64,000 bases of DNA from a virus. Positions 38,228 through 47,200 of this stretch are shown here, piece by piece. The position numbers and the translations under genes are program-made. The DNA lies in IMG/VR virus record IMGVR_UViG_3300031463_000006, positions 3,925 to 67,924 of that record; one strand, written 5' to 3'. The notes beneath the pieces were generated by a model. The model worked only from the letters and a program-made list of their open reading frames with translations, made no database searches and had not been told where the DNA came from. Each line of letters opens with the position of its first letter. Positions within the stretch are counted from its first letter, which is position 1.

Positions 38228-38278
38228 TGGGGTAGGGGAACGTGTTTGTGGTTGGCGAGGGATAGGTGTGGGGCTAGG

Positions 38279-38827
38279 TTAGCGGGGAGGGAGGTTACGG
38301 AGTGGGGCAGAGATATAGGAGCGAGGGAAGTTAGGAGGGAGCGGGGAGCCGAGGGAGGCGGCATTGAGGGCGTCATGGATATCGGCGGAGATGAGGTCGA
38401 GGTGAAGTTTGAGGGCATGGTAGTCGGCGAGGAGTAGTTGATATGCGGAAAGGGCTTCTTGTAGCCGGGAGGGTAGTTGATTTGGGTGAGGTGGGATGGG
38501 GTTAGGTGATGGTGGGATAGTTTGTGTGTTAGGTTGGAGGTGGAAGCTATTGGCTGCGAGAAGGATGATAAGGTAGCCGGCGAGGTCGCGCAGGGAGTCT
38601 TCGTTGTCTTGTGTGGGGAGGGTATGTTTGATGCGGGCGAGTTTGTCGTCGATGCGGACGAGGATTTGTTCTAGCTGTGGGGCTTGCGAGAAGATTCGAA
38701 TTGGCTCGAACACACTGTTACCATAGCGATTGTTCTTGTCGATGAGCATTTGCTTCAGGTTGTCGCAAACCGCGGCGATGGCTTGCTGCGCTTCGAGTTG
38801 ATGGGACGGGCTTGTAGCGTCGCGCAT
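38279..38827 (-). CDS. Nucleotide modification-associated domain 1 (DUF1599-like) protein
   Basis: 'KNNRYGNS...VRIDDKLARI...EDSLRDLAGY'; AAGGAG RBS before the ATG at 38827. Confidence 0.8.
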   Translation of the reverse strand: MRDATSPSHQLEAQQAIAAVCDNLKQMLIDKNNRYGNSVFEPIRIFSQAPQLEQILVRIDDKLARIKHTLPTQDNEDSLRDLAGYLIILLAANSFHLQPNTQTIPPSPNPIPPHPNQLPSRLQEALSAYQLLLADYHALKLHLDLISADIHDALNAASLGSPLPPNFPRSYISAPLRNLPPR

Positions 38828-38878
38828 AAGGTAACTCCTTGTCGTAACTCGTTGAACGGCAACTATCACAACACATCG

Positions 38879-38912
38879 GTGCACAGTTGAAACTCGAGTT
38901 TCAACTGTGCAC
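38879..38912. repeat. Perfect 34-bp palindrome
   Basis: gtgcacagttgaaactc|gagtttcaactgtgcac with no loop. Confidence 0.95.
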
Positions 38913-39019
38913 GAAAGTTCGGTGTTCCATAACGATTGCCAGGGGTTGCATGGTGTTCGTCGAGTACGGCACCCGCGTCGATAATGGTACCATGCTTGGT
39001 ATGCACACCGATCGAACAC

Positions 39020-39643
39020 CTATTCAGGGTTCGTCGACAACGCGGGTGCGGCATCGCCCGGGGGCGAGCTCGATGCTTGTGACGACGTCGAACCCGGTGC
39101 GCTCGCAGCCGAAACATTGACCGTCGCACCTTGCGCCAAAGCGCGCAACCGCCGTTGCTCCTCGATCAAGGCGCGCTTGCGCTCGGGGCTAAGGTTGGCA
39201 ACCACGTGTAGCATGGCTTCGGTCACGGTAGCGTCGACGTTTACCTGCACTTCGATGGGTTCTTTCGTACCCTGAATGTCGGAAAGCAACCGCTCGAGTT
39301 GTGCAACGGCGGCCCAATTGCTGGCTTTTCGGGCCTCGGCAATGTGGCCGTACAGCCGACGAATTGCTTGCGTCTTGTAGTGCGCACGATTGGTGCGCTC
39401 CTCCTCGGCCCATCGCGCGTGCACCCGGCTGATATAGTTGCGCACGGCAGTTTTCGACATCGGCGGGTTGAAGGCTTCGCGGCACGCACTTTCGATGCGC
39501 GATATGCTTACGCCCGCGATAAGCAACTTCTCGATGAAATCGAGCCGCTTACGGCGTTCGGCCGGAAGCACAACGTGCACGCGACGCTCGCTGTCGGTCG
39601 CGGGCTGATAGTCGGGCACGTTCGATAGGTACCTTCGAGGCAT
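39020..39643 (-). CDS. Putative terminase small subunit / HTH protein
   Basis: N-terminal HTH-like segment, helical middle and 'DIQGTKEPIEVQVNV' tail, as in TerS. Confidence 0.5.
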   Translation of the reverse strand: MPRRYLSNVPDYQPATDSERRVHVVLPAERRKRLDFIEKLLIAGVSISRIESACREAFNPPMSKTAVRNYISRVHARWAEEERTNRAHYKTQAIRRLYGHIAEARKASNWAAVAQLERLLSDIQGTKEPIEVQVNVDATVTEAMLHVVANLSPERKRALIEEQRRLRALAQGATVNVSAASAPGSTSSQASSSPPGDAAPALSTNPE

Positions 39644-39753
39644 GACGAATCAACGGCCTGCACGTGCAAGCACAGTCCAAGCCTGCCGAACAAGAACAAT
39701 CGTTTCCTTTACGAATCCGGCTGCGATTTCAAGTGCCGCACAAGCTTCTCGTT

Positions 39754-39960
39754 CTAATGCTTCGAGTCTTCTTCGACGTCTGCTAGTACGTCGAGCGCTT
39801 GGCCAAATCGTTGCTTTGCGCGTTCGACAATTGTGCGAATTGCCTTGTCCGCTCGATGTCCTCGCACTGCATCTTCGATGCTCTTCCATCGTTGCAATTG
39901 CTCCCATGCGGCAAGCACTTCGGCTTCGGCAAATATTCGTTGTTCTTCGCGCGCGCGCAT
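39754..39960 (-). CDS. Hypothetical helical protein
   Basis: Fills the operon gap with protein-like composition. Confidence 0.45.
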   Translation of the reverse strand: MRAREEQRIFAEAEVLAAWEQLQRWKSIEDAVRGHRADKAIRTIVERAKQRFGQALDVLADVEEDSKH

Positions 39961-39966
39961 AATGCA

Positions 39967-40653
39967 TCAACCGATGATTGGATTGCACTCGCAGTTTCCA
40001 ACCGGCGGGAAATAACCATGCGGGCATTGCACGTTTTTTCGCCCGCACAATTCTTGTGCATAGCGAAGTCTTGCGGTCGTTGCATGTTGCTCGCACTCGT
40101 CCCACGACCATGCCCCCGTCAATCGCGCGAATTGCGCTTGCGCTGCGAATTGCTCGGCGGCCGTACCAATCCAAAGCGAACTTGTCGGCACAAACTCGCA
40201 ACCCGCGGCAAACAAAGCTTCTCGATCGTCGGAATCGGTCATTACCGTTCCCGCCCAATATTGACGCGACCCAATATATGCACCGCGCATTAACAACGCA
40301 GGTCCTGGCGGCAATGGCGTCGGAAAAACAACAATCGGCGGACACGGAACATTGATGTGAGAACCAAGCCGTTCGCATTGAAACAGACCACTGCGTTCGG
40401 TTGCGCTACGCACCGTCTCGGCTGCCCATCCAACCAGATATTTTTCGATGGCGCCCCAATCCTCACCGCGCAACCGCATTCTTGTTGACGTATCGACAAT
40501 CTCTCGCCATTGCCGTTCATCGATCGTATCTGGAACGAACATTGCGCCTGCATCAATGTACGGCGAAGTGTTCTCGAACACTTCGTCCACCAAATGCCCG
40601 GGGGCAACCATTCCACGATCGGCCAGCGTGATTCGATTGAGAAGTAGCAACAT
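39967..40653 (-). CDS. Hypothetical protein with an internal two-fold repeat
   Basis: Halves end '..DAGAMFVP' and '..AAGCEFVP'; GGAGG RBS. Confidence 0.55.
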   Translation of the reverse strand: MLLLLNRITLADRGMVAPGHLVDEVFENTSPYIDAGAMFVPDTIDERQWREIVDTSTRMRLRGEDWGAIEKYLVGWAAETVRSATERSGLFQCERLGSHINVPCPPIVVFPTPLPPGPALLMRGAYIGSRQYWAGTVMTDSDDREALFAAGCEFVPTSSLWIGTAAEQFAAQAQFARLTGAWSWDECEQHATTARLRYAQELCGRKNVQCPHGYFPPVGNCECNPIIG

Positions 40654-40675
40654 GATGACCTCCTACACGTGCAAG

Positions 40676-41464
40676 CTACCACGTTTCCGCATCGAGCGCA
40701 GCACGCAGCCGCCCCGTTCGATGCGCGAACGTCTCGGGCCAAGCACCCGCATGTTGCGCTAGCTCCATGAGGCGTTCGGCGTCGGGTCCGGCCGCCTTTA
40801 GCAGGCGCATCGCTCCGCGAGGATGGTTGATCGCATAGGCCAGATAACACGCGGCGGCACGTCGCAACCCGGTTTGTGACGGCGGACTATACGGGCTCGC
40901 AAAGCCAAGAAGTGTTGCCGCTTCTTGCGCGACGTAGCCGCTCAACAACTTTCCCGATGCTTGTGCCGTCGCACGCAATGTCGCAGGATCAGTTAGTAGT
41001 GCGTTGATTGCGACAACCCATTCAAATGCAATGCGTTGCTGCTCTTCTGTCCATTCGATGCCGTTACTACCACCGAGAAACACTTCTCGTTGCTCGATCA
41101 ACGACAACGGCCGCAACCCGCGAACAAGCCGCGGCACCCCGTGCGCCGGGTTGCTTTGCAGCCCGATGCCATGCGCCGCGAATCGATCGCCAAGATGGTG
41201 CGCAAGCACGGATCGTGGCATTTCCGCAAACAACTTCGGCAACGTTTCGGTCGCAGCCGTAAACCCGAGCGGCCCGGCCGTCATGATGCCGGCATCGTAG
41301 CATTGCACCATGTCGACATGACCACCTTCGGCCGCGCATGCTACGCGCGACGCCTGTGACCAGAAATCACCGCCCGAAAGACGATTCGCAGGCAATGCTC
41401 CCGTTATAAGCCAACCGTGCCGTTCTCCGTACTTGACCCATTGCGGATTACAAGGATTACTCAT
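40676..41464 (-). CDS. Putative lysozyme-like glycosidase (endolysin candidate)
   Basis: 'AEGGHVDMVQCYDAGIMTAGPLGFT' resembles the EG-x-D...YD-x-G-x-x-S/T-x-G muramidase motif. Confidence 0.5.
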   Translation of the reverse strand: MSNPCNPQWVKYGERHGWLITGALPANRLSGGDFWSQASRVACAAEGGHVDMVQCYDAGIMTAGPLGFTAATETLPKLFAEMPRSVLAHHLGDRFAAHGIGLQSNPAHGVPRLVRGLRPLSLIEQREVFLGGSNGIEWTEEQQRIAFEWVVAINALLTDPATLRATAQASGKLLSGYVAQEAATLLGFASPYSPPSQTGLRRAAACYLAYAINHPRGAMRLLKAAGPDAERLMELAQHAGAWPETFAHRTGRLRAALDAETW

Positions 41465-41877
41465 TCTTCATCCTCCGCAATCTTCTTCGGCACGTGATTC
41501 AACACATCGCGATGCAGATGTACAAGCGCAAATCGTTGTATATGATTGCGGACAAGTCCGCTTGTGCACTGTGTTTGCCACGTTTCGCCGCACTTTTCGC
41601 ATCGCATCTTGATCAATTGTGGTTCGGGCATACCACGCTCATCAAACACGCGATCAGTCCATTCACCTTCGACGTGCGGCGCCGCTGGAGGTCGCCATCG
41701 CGTAACATGCTCCCGCGCTTGTTGCGCTCGTGCTTGCCATTCAGCTTCAACCACGGCATTCGCTAGTACTGCTAGCCGTTGCGTGTCGACACGCTCACCT
41801 CGCGCTGCACGTGTCGCAAGGCGCAGGTATTCGTCACGCGCTTTCGCCGCCTCGGCCCAAAGCTCAACCGCCTTCAT
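41461..41877 (-). CDS. Hypothetical C2H2-like zinc-finger protein
   Basis: 'CEKC...H...HxH'; GGAGG RBS before MKAVEL. Confidence 0.55.
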   Translation of the reverse strand: MKAVELWAEAAKARDEYLRLATRAARGERVDTQRLAVLANAVVEAEWQARAQQAREHVTRWRPPAAPHVEGEWTDRVFDERGMPEPQLIKMRCEKCGETWQTQCTSGLVRNHIQRFALVHLHRDVLNHVPKKIAEDEE

Positions 41878-42169
41878 TCGGGCCTCCGTCGAAAGCTCGC
41901 AGCACAACACCAAGCGCATGCAAAGCTTCGAGTAGCAGATGCGACGGCGGTTGTTCCGGATTTTGTCTTGCCGCGGCGCGAACAACGGCACGTGCCGCCG
42001 CCACAATCGAAGACGAATCTTTGCTCGAATGCGCTGGCTCTTGTTTGGGTTGTGCGGCTTGCTTAAGCGCAGCTTGCATCTGTTCGACAAGCTGCGCTTG
42101 TTCGCTTAGTGCCTCGGCGTAGGCACTCACCGTGGCCACAATCGCGTTGCTAAATGTAGTGGGTCGCAT
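41864..42169 (-). CDS. Hypothetical protein
   Basis: Overlapping operon arrangement. Confidence 0.5.
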   Translation of the reverse strand: MRPTTFSNAIVATVSAYAEALSEQAQLVEQMQAALKQAAQPKQEPAHSSKDSSSIVAAARAVVRAAARQNPEQPPSHLLLEALHALGVVLRAFDGGPNEGG

Positions 42170-42206
42170 GCCTATACTATGGCGCGGACCCGTGAGGACA
42201 CGTCAA

Positions 42207-42623
42207 CTAGGCAGCCGATTCGACTTGCATAGGGAAGGCATTGCGCAAAGCGGCGAGAAGGGGAGCGTGCGTCGGTGCGTGCCACCATGGCTCACGCGCC
42301 GGATCGACAACAGATAGGCTGCGAGGCACCTGAGCAAGAAGATGCCACCATTCGATATCGGAGCCAACAATACGCGCAGAAAATCCACCGTGTGTTAGCG
42401 GATCGCTACGCATTGTTGCGCTCGAGGTTCCCCAAACTTTCGCCCATTCACCAGGGGGAACCTCGAACACGGCAACGTCTTCGCCTTCGATACGAAACGT
42501 CAAGCGCAACACGCCATCGTACTCCGTATCGGTGGCAACGATACTAGTATCACCATAACGCTGCAGAAAGCGCAAATACTGCGCAATCTGCGAGCGCACG
42601 TGCGGCAAGAAAATGAGGCGCAT
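42207..42623 (-). CDS. Hypothetical protein
   Basis: Starts 2 nt after the DUF1874 stop. Confidence 0.55.
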   Translation of the reverse strand: MRLIFLPHVRSQIAQYLRFLQRYGDTSIVATDTEYDGVLRLTFRIEGEDVAVFEVPPGEWAKVWGTSSATMRSDPLTHGGFSARIVGSDIEWWHLLAQVPRSLSVVDPAREPWWHAPTHAPLLAALRNAFPMQVESAA

Positions 42624-42625
42624 GG

Positions 42626-42961
42626 TTACGCCTCACGCTTCAGCATGCCGATCTCGGCATGCTGAAGGATGAATTCTCGCCCGAGCCCACCTTTGGTAGA
42701 CGGGTCGATGCGGCGCGACCCTGGCGGGACAATCAGGCGAAACACAAGCGCCTCGTCGCCTGGTTCCATGCGGATCGTTGCACGATTGACCGGAATCTCA
42801 ATTCCGGTCAGCTCGGACAACGCCTCCGCCGTTTCGGCATACCCAATGGTGGATTGCCACCCACCAGAAGCCAGCCACGCCGTCGCGGCCGCGACATCGA
42901 TCAGTTGATACTCGTATCTTCCTGGAGAAGTAATGACTGCGCTGTTGAGGATATACTTCAT
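42626..42961 (-). CDS. DUF1874 / STIV B116 / YddF-like protein (AcrIII-1 ring nuclease family)
   Basis: 'LNSAVITSPGRY', 'STIGYAETAEALSELTG', 'PVNR' and 'GDEALVFRL'. Confidence 0.75.
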   Translation of the reverse strand: MKYILNSAVITSPGRYEYQLIDVAAATAWLASGGWQSTIGYAETAEALSELTGIEIPVNRATIRMEPGDEALVFRLIVPPGSRRIDPSTKGGLGREFILQHAEIGMLKREA

Positions 42962-43185
42962 CGCGACCTCCTTTTCACCGCACTATTCTTCGCCGCACGT
43001 GCACAGATCCATGCGGCACGTGCAGCCGCGACGACGAGCCGCAACGTGCTCCACAGCCCATGCGGCATCGTGTGCGGCTCCACGAATGCCACCGCACGAC
43101 GGAGGACCGTTGGCGGCACGCTAAATCCCATCCATGCCGTGCGCCGCGTGAGCAACGCACGGACACTTCCTTGCTTCACTCTCAT
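42958..43185 (-). CDS. Hypothetical basic protein
   Basis: AAGGAG within the conserved leader, before the ATG at 43185. Confidence 0.45.
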   Translation of the reverse strand: MRVKQGSVRALLTRRTAWMGFSVPPTVLRRAVAFVEPHTMPHGLWSTLRLVVAAARAAWICARAAKNSAVKRRSR

Positions 43186-43190
43186 CGTTG

Positions 43191-43218
43191 TCTCCTTGCC
43201 GCGCATCAGCCCGCGGCT
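43191..43218 (-). promoter_or_regulatory. Conserved 28-bp gene-leader repeat, copy 1
   Basis: AGCCGCGGGCTGATGCGCGGCAAGGAGA. Confidence 0.8.
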
Positions 43219-43864
43219 AAGCCCACCCGTTCCACATCGGGCCTTTAGGATTCAGTGGGAGCGGCTTGCCGCATCGACAGCAAGTCGCCTCTCCCCGCCA
43301 TCCTTGACCGCGATAGACGACGGGATATCGCCAGTCATCCCTATCGTCGTAGCACCCTTTACATACGACTCGGGGCCTGTCCAAATCTTTGGTCACGTTG
43401 CGCCCAATTACAGATTTGGACACGACCTTCCATCCACTTCTGCTCATTTTCACGAGCGGCCGAAGCCACTCGTAACCATCTACCGGACCATTTGACCCGC
43501 GACGAATTGGCGGGATCATCCGGAGACATCCCTCGAGGGAGTCCCCGGCAATAATCCACTGTCCTTCTTCGTATCGACGAACAAAGGCCACAAACGGCCT
43601 TCGCAACTCGTCGATGACATTTCCCCATATCGGCACTGCAACCTTTACGGGGAAATACGGCCGAAACTTACAGATCTCATCGACCTCCGGGGTCCGCTGC
43701 CCCCGGTACTCGATTTTGCGGACCTCCCACACCGGATATCGGGTCGGGTCGGCCCACGGACCGCCCAACGATTTTATTTCCTCGAACGCGGCTGCGCGCG
43801 CAACCGCGTCGTCCTCTTGTAGCGCATGGATGTATCTCACCCATGCGCCAACATTCCCGTTCAT
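43217..43864 (-). CDS. Hypothetical protein with C-terminal CxxC...CxxC
   Basis: GGAGG RBS; 'CKGC' and 'CCRCG'. Confidence 0.55.
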   Translation of the reverse strand: MNGNVGAWVRYIHALQEDDAVARAAAFEEIKSLGGPWADPTRYPVWEVRKIEYRGQRTPEVDEICKFRPYFPVKVAVPIWGNVIDELRRPFVAFVRRYEEGQWIIAGDSLEGCLRMIPPIRRGSNGPVDGYEWLRPLVKMSRSGWKVVSKSVIGRNVTKDLDRPRVVCKGCYDDRDDWRYPVVYRGQGWRGEATCCRCGKPLPLNPKGPMWNGWA

Positions 43865-43986
43865 GACGCCTCCATGTGCGAGCCATCAGTGCAGCCCGGC
43901 CACCAAGCGCCAGACTCGGCGGCCAAAGCGCAAAGCAGATGGTCCTCGCGAATGCACGCCTATAATCGTGCGGAATACGCTATTAT

Positions 43987-45567
43987 TCATGGCGTCTCCT
44001 TGTACTGCGCCAGTTTGTTCCGGCGCAGGAATTTATCGAGCACCCGCGCGCAAAGCGGGTGCGGTTCTTGGTTCCACTCGGCGAAGTGCTGACGCACTTC
44101 GCGGCCATCGGGCGAGATCTCTACTGTCGATCGATGCCCGCACACTTCTAGCGAAATGATCACCGACCGTCCCGCGCGGACAGCCGGGATCATGGCCGAC
44201 ACGCAGTGATTCATGTCTCGTTTCTCCTGCACAAGTTGTGCAGGAGTATTGAGAATTCGCATACACGGGTACAGCCGCCATTTCGGCGGCTCGTGAAGGA
44301 TCGTATGGTCATCCACAAAGATCTCCTCGTACTTCGTCGCGTACCGCTCGGCGGCACGCCGGAATACGGCGTCGACGCCGGTGCCGCCCGCGCCGACGAG
44401 GTCCTCGTCACGGACCTCGTCGAGGCGGTCAACATAGCGAAACCGCACGATGCGCCCGCCCGGGGCGCGCATCGTGCGCTCCCGGACGATGCCGCCCCAC
44501 CCCCCGCGACGATACACGTCGAGGAGCCAGCGCGCCACAGCTACGCTGTTGACGCGCAGGTGGCGCGCATCGGGAAGCTCGCGGGCGAGCCAATACGATG
44601 GCTCCATCGTGGCTCCCGACAAGAGCCACTCGTGCGCCTCGCGGCGCGTTAGGCCGCCGCTGATCTGCACCGGGGTCTCGCCCCGGCACAGGCGTACCGC
44701 GATGGCCAGCGACACCAGCGGATATGCCGGGGCGAGCCACGGCACCAAGCCGTCGTAGCACAACACGCCGGCAGCCTCGGCCAGGCGGCGAAAGCGCTCG
44801 CCCGGGCCGCGCCCGACGGCGACTAACTCTGGATCCACCGCCCAGGCCGCGCGCACGCGGCCAGACGTGTCCCGCGCCATTTCGTCGCGCACACGCGCGA
44901 CGAACTCCCAATCGATGTCGTGCATCCGCACGACAGTGCGGCCCTCCTCGAGGCGCACGGTCGACAGTGCGGCGCGCTGAAGCTCGGCATCCAGCGCCCC
45001 GAGCGCACGCGCAGTGCGCGCGTCGGTCCACCATCGGTAAGCCGACGCCCGGCGCGCGAACCGCGCAATCTCCGGGAGCCAGCGCATCGCGCGCCGAGAG
45101 ACGCGAAGCGCGCCCGTCTCGCGATCGCGCGAGACAAGCAGAGCCCACCTGTCCGGCGGCAGCCTGCGCGCCGCGCGCTGGACCGCCGGTCCGGCGAGCC
45201 ACAGCGTTCCGGCAACGTCGGGGTCGGCGTTGTAGAATGACCCGACGGCGCCGGGACGCGGCTGCGTCCCGTCCCACCACGCTAGGAAATCCCCCAGGAA
45301 CCGAGGGGGGCGCCCGTCGTCGCGCTCGCCAAGCACCCATTCCCGGGGGGGAACGCGCCTGAAGCCGACGGCGATTAGCCGACCATCGACTGGGCGCTCC
45401 CCGTCGAGCCGCAGCCCCGGGTCGAGACGACGGCAGGCGGCGACATACTCGCCTGCCGTCCGAATATGGTGGGGTCGGGCCGTCCTCGACAGGACGGCCC
45501 ACTCGCGCGCCCCGGCACACGTCGCCGGGACGCCATATTCATGCTCGATGAAAGTGATTGGTTGCAC
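43987..45567 (-). CDS. PcfJ-like domain protein
   Basis: C-terminal 'LVQEKRDMNHCV...GRSVIISL...STVEI...Q...N'. Confidence 0.7.
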   Translation of the reverse strand: MQPITFIEHEYGVPATCAGAREWAVLSRTARPHHIRTAGEYVAACRRLDPGLRLDGERPVDGRLIAVGFRRVPPREWVLGERDDGRPPRFLGDFLAWWDGTQPRPGAVGSFYNADPDVAGTLWLAGPAVQRAARRLPPDRWALLVSRDRETGALRVSRRAMRWLPEIARFARRASAYRWWTDARTARALGALDAELQRAALSTVRLEEGRTVVRMHDIDWEFVARVRDEMARDTSGRVRAAWAVDPELVAVGRGPGERFRRLAEAAGVLCYDGLVPWLAPAYPLVSLAIAVRLCRGETPVQISGGLTRREAHEWLLSGATMEPSYWLARELPDARHLRVNSVAVARWLLDVYRRGGWGGIVRERTMRAPGGRIVRFRYVDRLDEVRDEDLVGAGGTGVDAVFRRAAERYATKYEEIFVDDHTILHEPPKWRLYPCMRILNTPAQLVQEKRDMNHCVSAMIPAVRAGRSVIISLEVCGHRSTVEISPDGREVRQHFAEWNQEPHPLCARVLDKFLRRNKLAQYKETP

Positions 45568-45570
45568 GGC

Positions 45571-46200
45571 CTAACCTCGTTGTGACGAAAGGTCGCCCCA
45601 CCATGCGTCGGGCTCCGCGGACGCCACTGCGCGCAGCCGCTCGTCATCGAAGGGGGGGAGAAAGAACCATATTGAATGCTCGGCAGCGGCGCGTTCATCC
45701 AGGGTCTGCAAGGCGCCTTCGAGCACGAGGGCATCGCCCGTGCCGCGAGCCAGAAACAGAATTGCTTCCAGATCGTCTCGACGTCGTAGCCAGTCCAGCG
45801 CCAGCGGCGCCGCCGTCACCGGATCCGCGGCAACCCTGCTCCGCAGCTCCGGCAAGTCGTCCATCAGGCTGTCGATTCTCAACAGCGCATCTCGGACCAC
45901 GGTACGTCGGTCTTCGGGCGGCAGCGCCGCCCACCATGTGCGCCCCGTCTGGCCTGGCCCGGCGCCTCTCAACGATATTTGCAGTGCCGCCTGGACATCG
46001 TTTTTGCGCAGCGGCAGCCATAGTCGCCCAAGCAACCCGACTGCCGCACACCTATCTATCGCGGCAGAACTCTCCATCAAGGATTCCGCGGCAGCCTGAA
46101 GCCACGGCTGTGAGCCGAGGTCGTGCGTCAGGCTCGCGACCGAGGGTGCGGCCAGCTCGTGCCGCGCGTCAGGCTGCCAGGCGGCAATGGTGCGAATCAT
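45571..46200 (-). CDS. Hypothetical helical protein
   Basis: ATGA coupling; protein-like composition. Confidence 0.55.
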   Translation of the reverse strand: MIRTIAAWQPDARHELAAPSVASLTHDLGSQPWLQAAAESLMESSAAIDRCAAVGLLGRLWLPLRKNDVQAALQISLRGAGPGQTGRTWWAALPPEDRRTVVRDALLRIDSLMDDLPELRSRVAADPVTAAPLALDWLRRRDDLEAILFLARGTGDALVLEGALQTLDERAAAEHSIWFFLPPFDDERLRAVASAEPDAWWGDLSSQRG

Positions 46201-46469
46201 GGCTTCACCGATGGGATGGTGGATGGGGTGGGGGTGCGCCGCGGCCGCCAGGTCGCTCCCGTTAGCGCCCAGTCGGTCTCCGTCCAGTTCTCGAACAAAC
46301 TCGCTGCTCTCTCATCGAGAGCCGCGAGTTCTTCTTGGAATTCTTCGGGGACAGGCTCATTGCTGAGCCTGTCCCTCAAACTCAGGAACTCAATGGTGTC
46401 CCGCGTTACTTCGAATGGGTTGCAACACTCCAGGACCTCAACGAGGTCCTCAATCAGCCTCTTGGTCAT
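46197..46469 (-). CDS. Hypothetical protein
   Basis: Start MTKRLIEDL follows leader repeat copy 2. Confidence 0.55.
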   Translation of the reverse strand: MTKRLIEDLVEVLECCNPFEVTRDTIEFLSLRDRLSNEPVPEEFQEELAALDERAASLFENWTETDWALTGATWRPRRTPTPSTIPSVKP

Positions 46470-46474
46470 GGTCG

Positions 46475-46502
46475 TCTCCTTGCCGCGCATCGGCCCGCGG
46501 CT
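46475..46502 (-). promoter_or_regulatory. Conserved 28-bp gene-leader repeat, copy 2
   Basis: AGCCGCGGGCCGATGCGCGGCAAGGAGA. Confidence 0.8.
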
Positions 46503-46572
46503 GGCCTGATGACCGAGCCTGACCGGCTCTCTACCGCACCCGAGCCGTCGCTCGGACGCGGTCGGCAGACGG

Positions 46573-46785
46573 TCAAGCGTCTGCGTCTTTGTCGGCTGGC
46601 ATGTACCAGCCGGTAGATTCGTCACGACCTTGATTGAAGTTCGTGCGGCGCTCGGCGCCGCACGAACACCATTCGTGGCGGCACGCCCATCCGTGGCTGG
46701 CCGGGTTGCAGCCACGGCGGTCCACGTCGCCCAAACAGCCAAAAAACGGCTCAATTCTACTTTTCACTGCCCGATGACGGTGCAT
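46573..46785 (-). CDS. Small Cys-rich hypothetical protein
   Basis: ATG follows leader repeat copy 3. Confidence 0.5.
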   Translation of the reverse strand: MHRHRAVKSRIEPFFGCLGDVDRRGCNPASHGWACRHEWCSCGAERRTNFNQGRDESTGWYMPADKDADA

Positions 46786-46789
46786 GGTA

Positions 46790-46818
46790 TCTCCTTCGCC
46801 GCGCGTCGGCCCGCGGCT
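46790..46818 (-). promoter_or_regulatory. Conserved gene-leader repeat, copy 3
   Basis: AGCCGCGGGCCGACGCGCGGCGAAGGAGA. Confidence 0.75.
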
Positions 46819-46847
46819 GGCCGTTCGTTGTTGACACCCCTGGATAG

Positions 46848-46864
46848 TGCACGTGCGGTGCCAG
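46848..46864 (-). promoter_or_regulatory. Putative sigma54 (-24/-12) promoter
   Basis: CTGGCACCGCACGTGCA has exact GG-N10-GC spacing, at the head of the accessory operon. Confidence 0.45.
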
Positions 46865-47126
46865 GACCGGCCACGAGATTTCAACAACTTGCGCGGCACT
46901 TTTCAACCCGCATTGCAGGAATGAAAGGGCTGCCTTGCAAGCCTGCAAACTGCTTACTTTCCCGTCAGATTTACGAAAGCGCTCGCAAAATGAGCAGAAA
47001 TGCCCGCGAAAACACGCATTTCACGGCTGCAATAGCAACCCTGCGACAAGACGTTTCTCGTGCGCACGAGCGCTTTACATGCCCGACGCCGGGCTTCCTG
47101 GCCCGACTCCCCCCGACGCTCGGGCC

Positions 47127-47174
47127 TCGCCTGGCTACCTGTACCTGGCATCGCCTGGCTATCTGTACCTGGCC
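47127..47174. repeat. 24-bp tandem repeat, two copies
   Basis: tcgcctggcta(c/t)ctgtacctggc(a/c). Confidence 0.85.
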
Positions 47175-47200
47175 TCGTCTGACGCCCTGGCGTCCCCTGA

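Noticed and set aside
37474-38418. 314-aa Pro-rich ORF
   Set aside because: It is a translation of the C-rich strand of the repeat region with no protein-like features.
46831-46860. Plus-strand TTGACA as a sigma70 promoter
   Set aside because: No -10 box at 16-18 nt and no credible plus-strand gene downstream.
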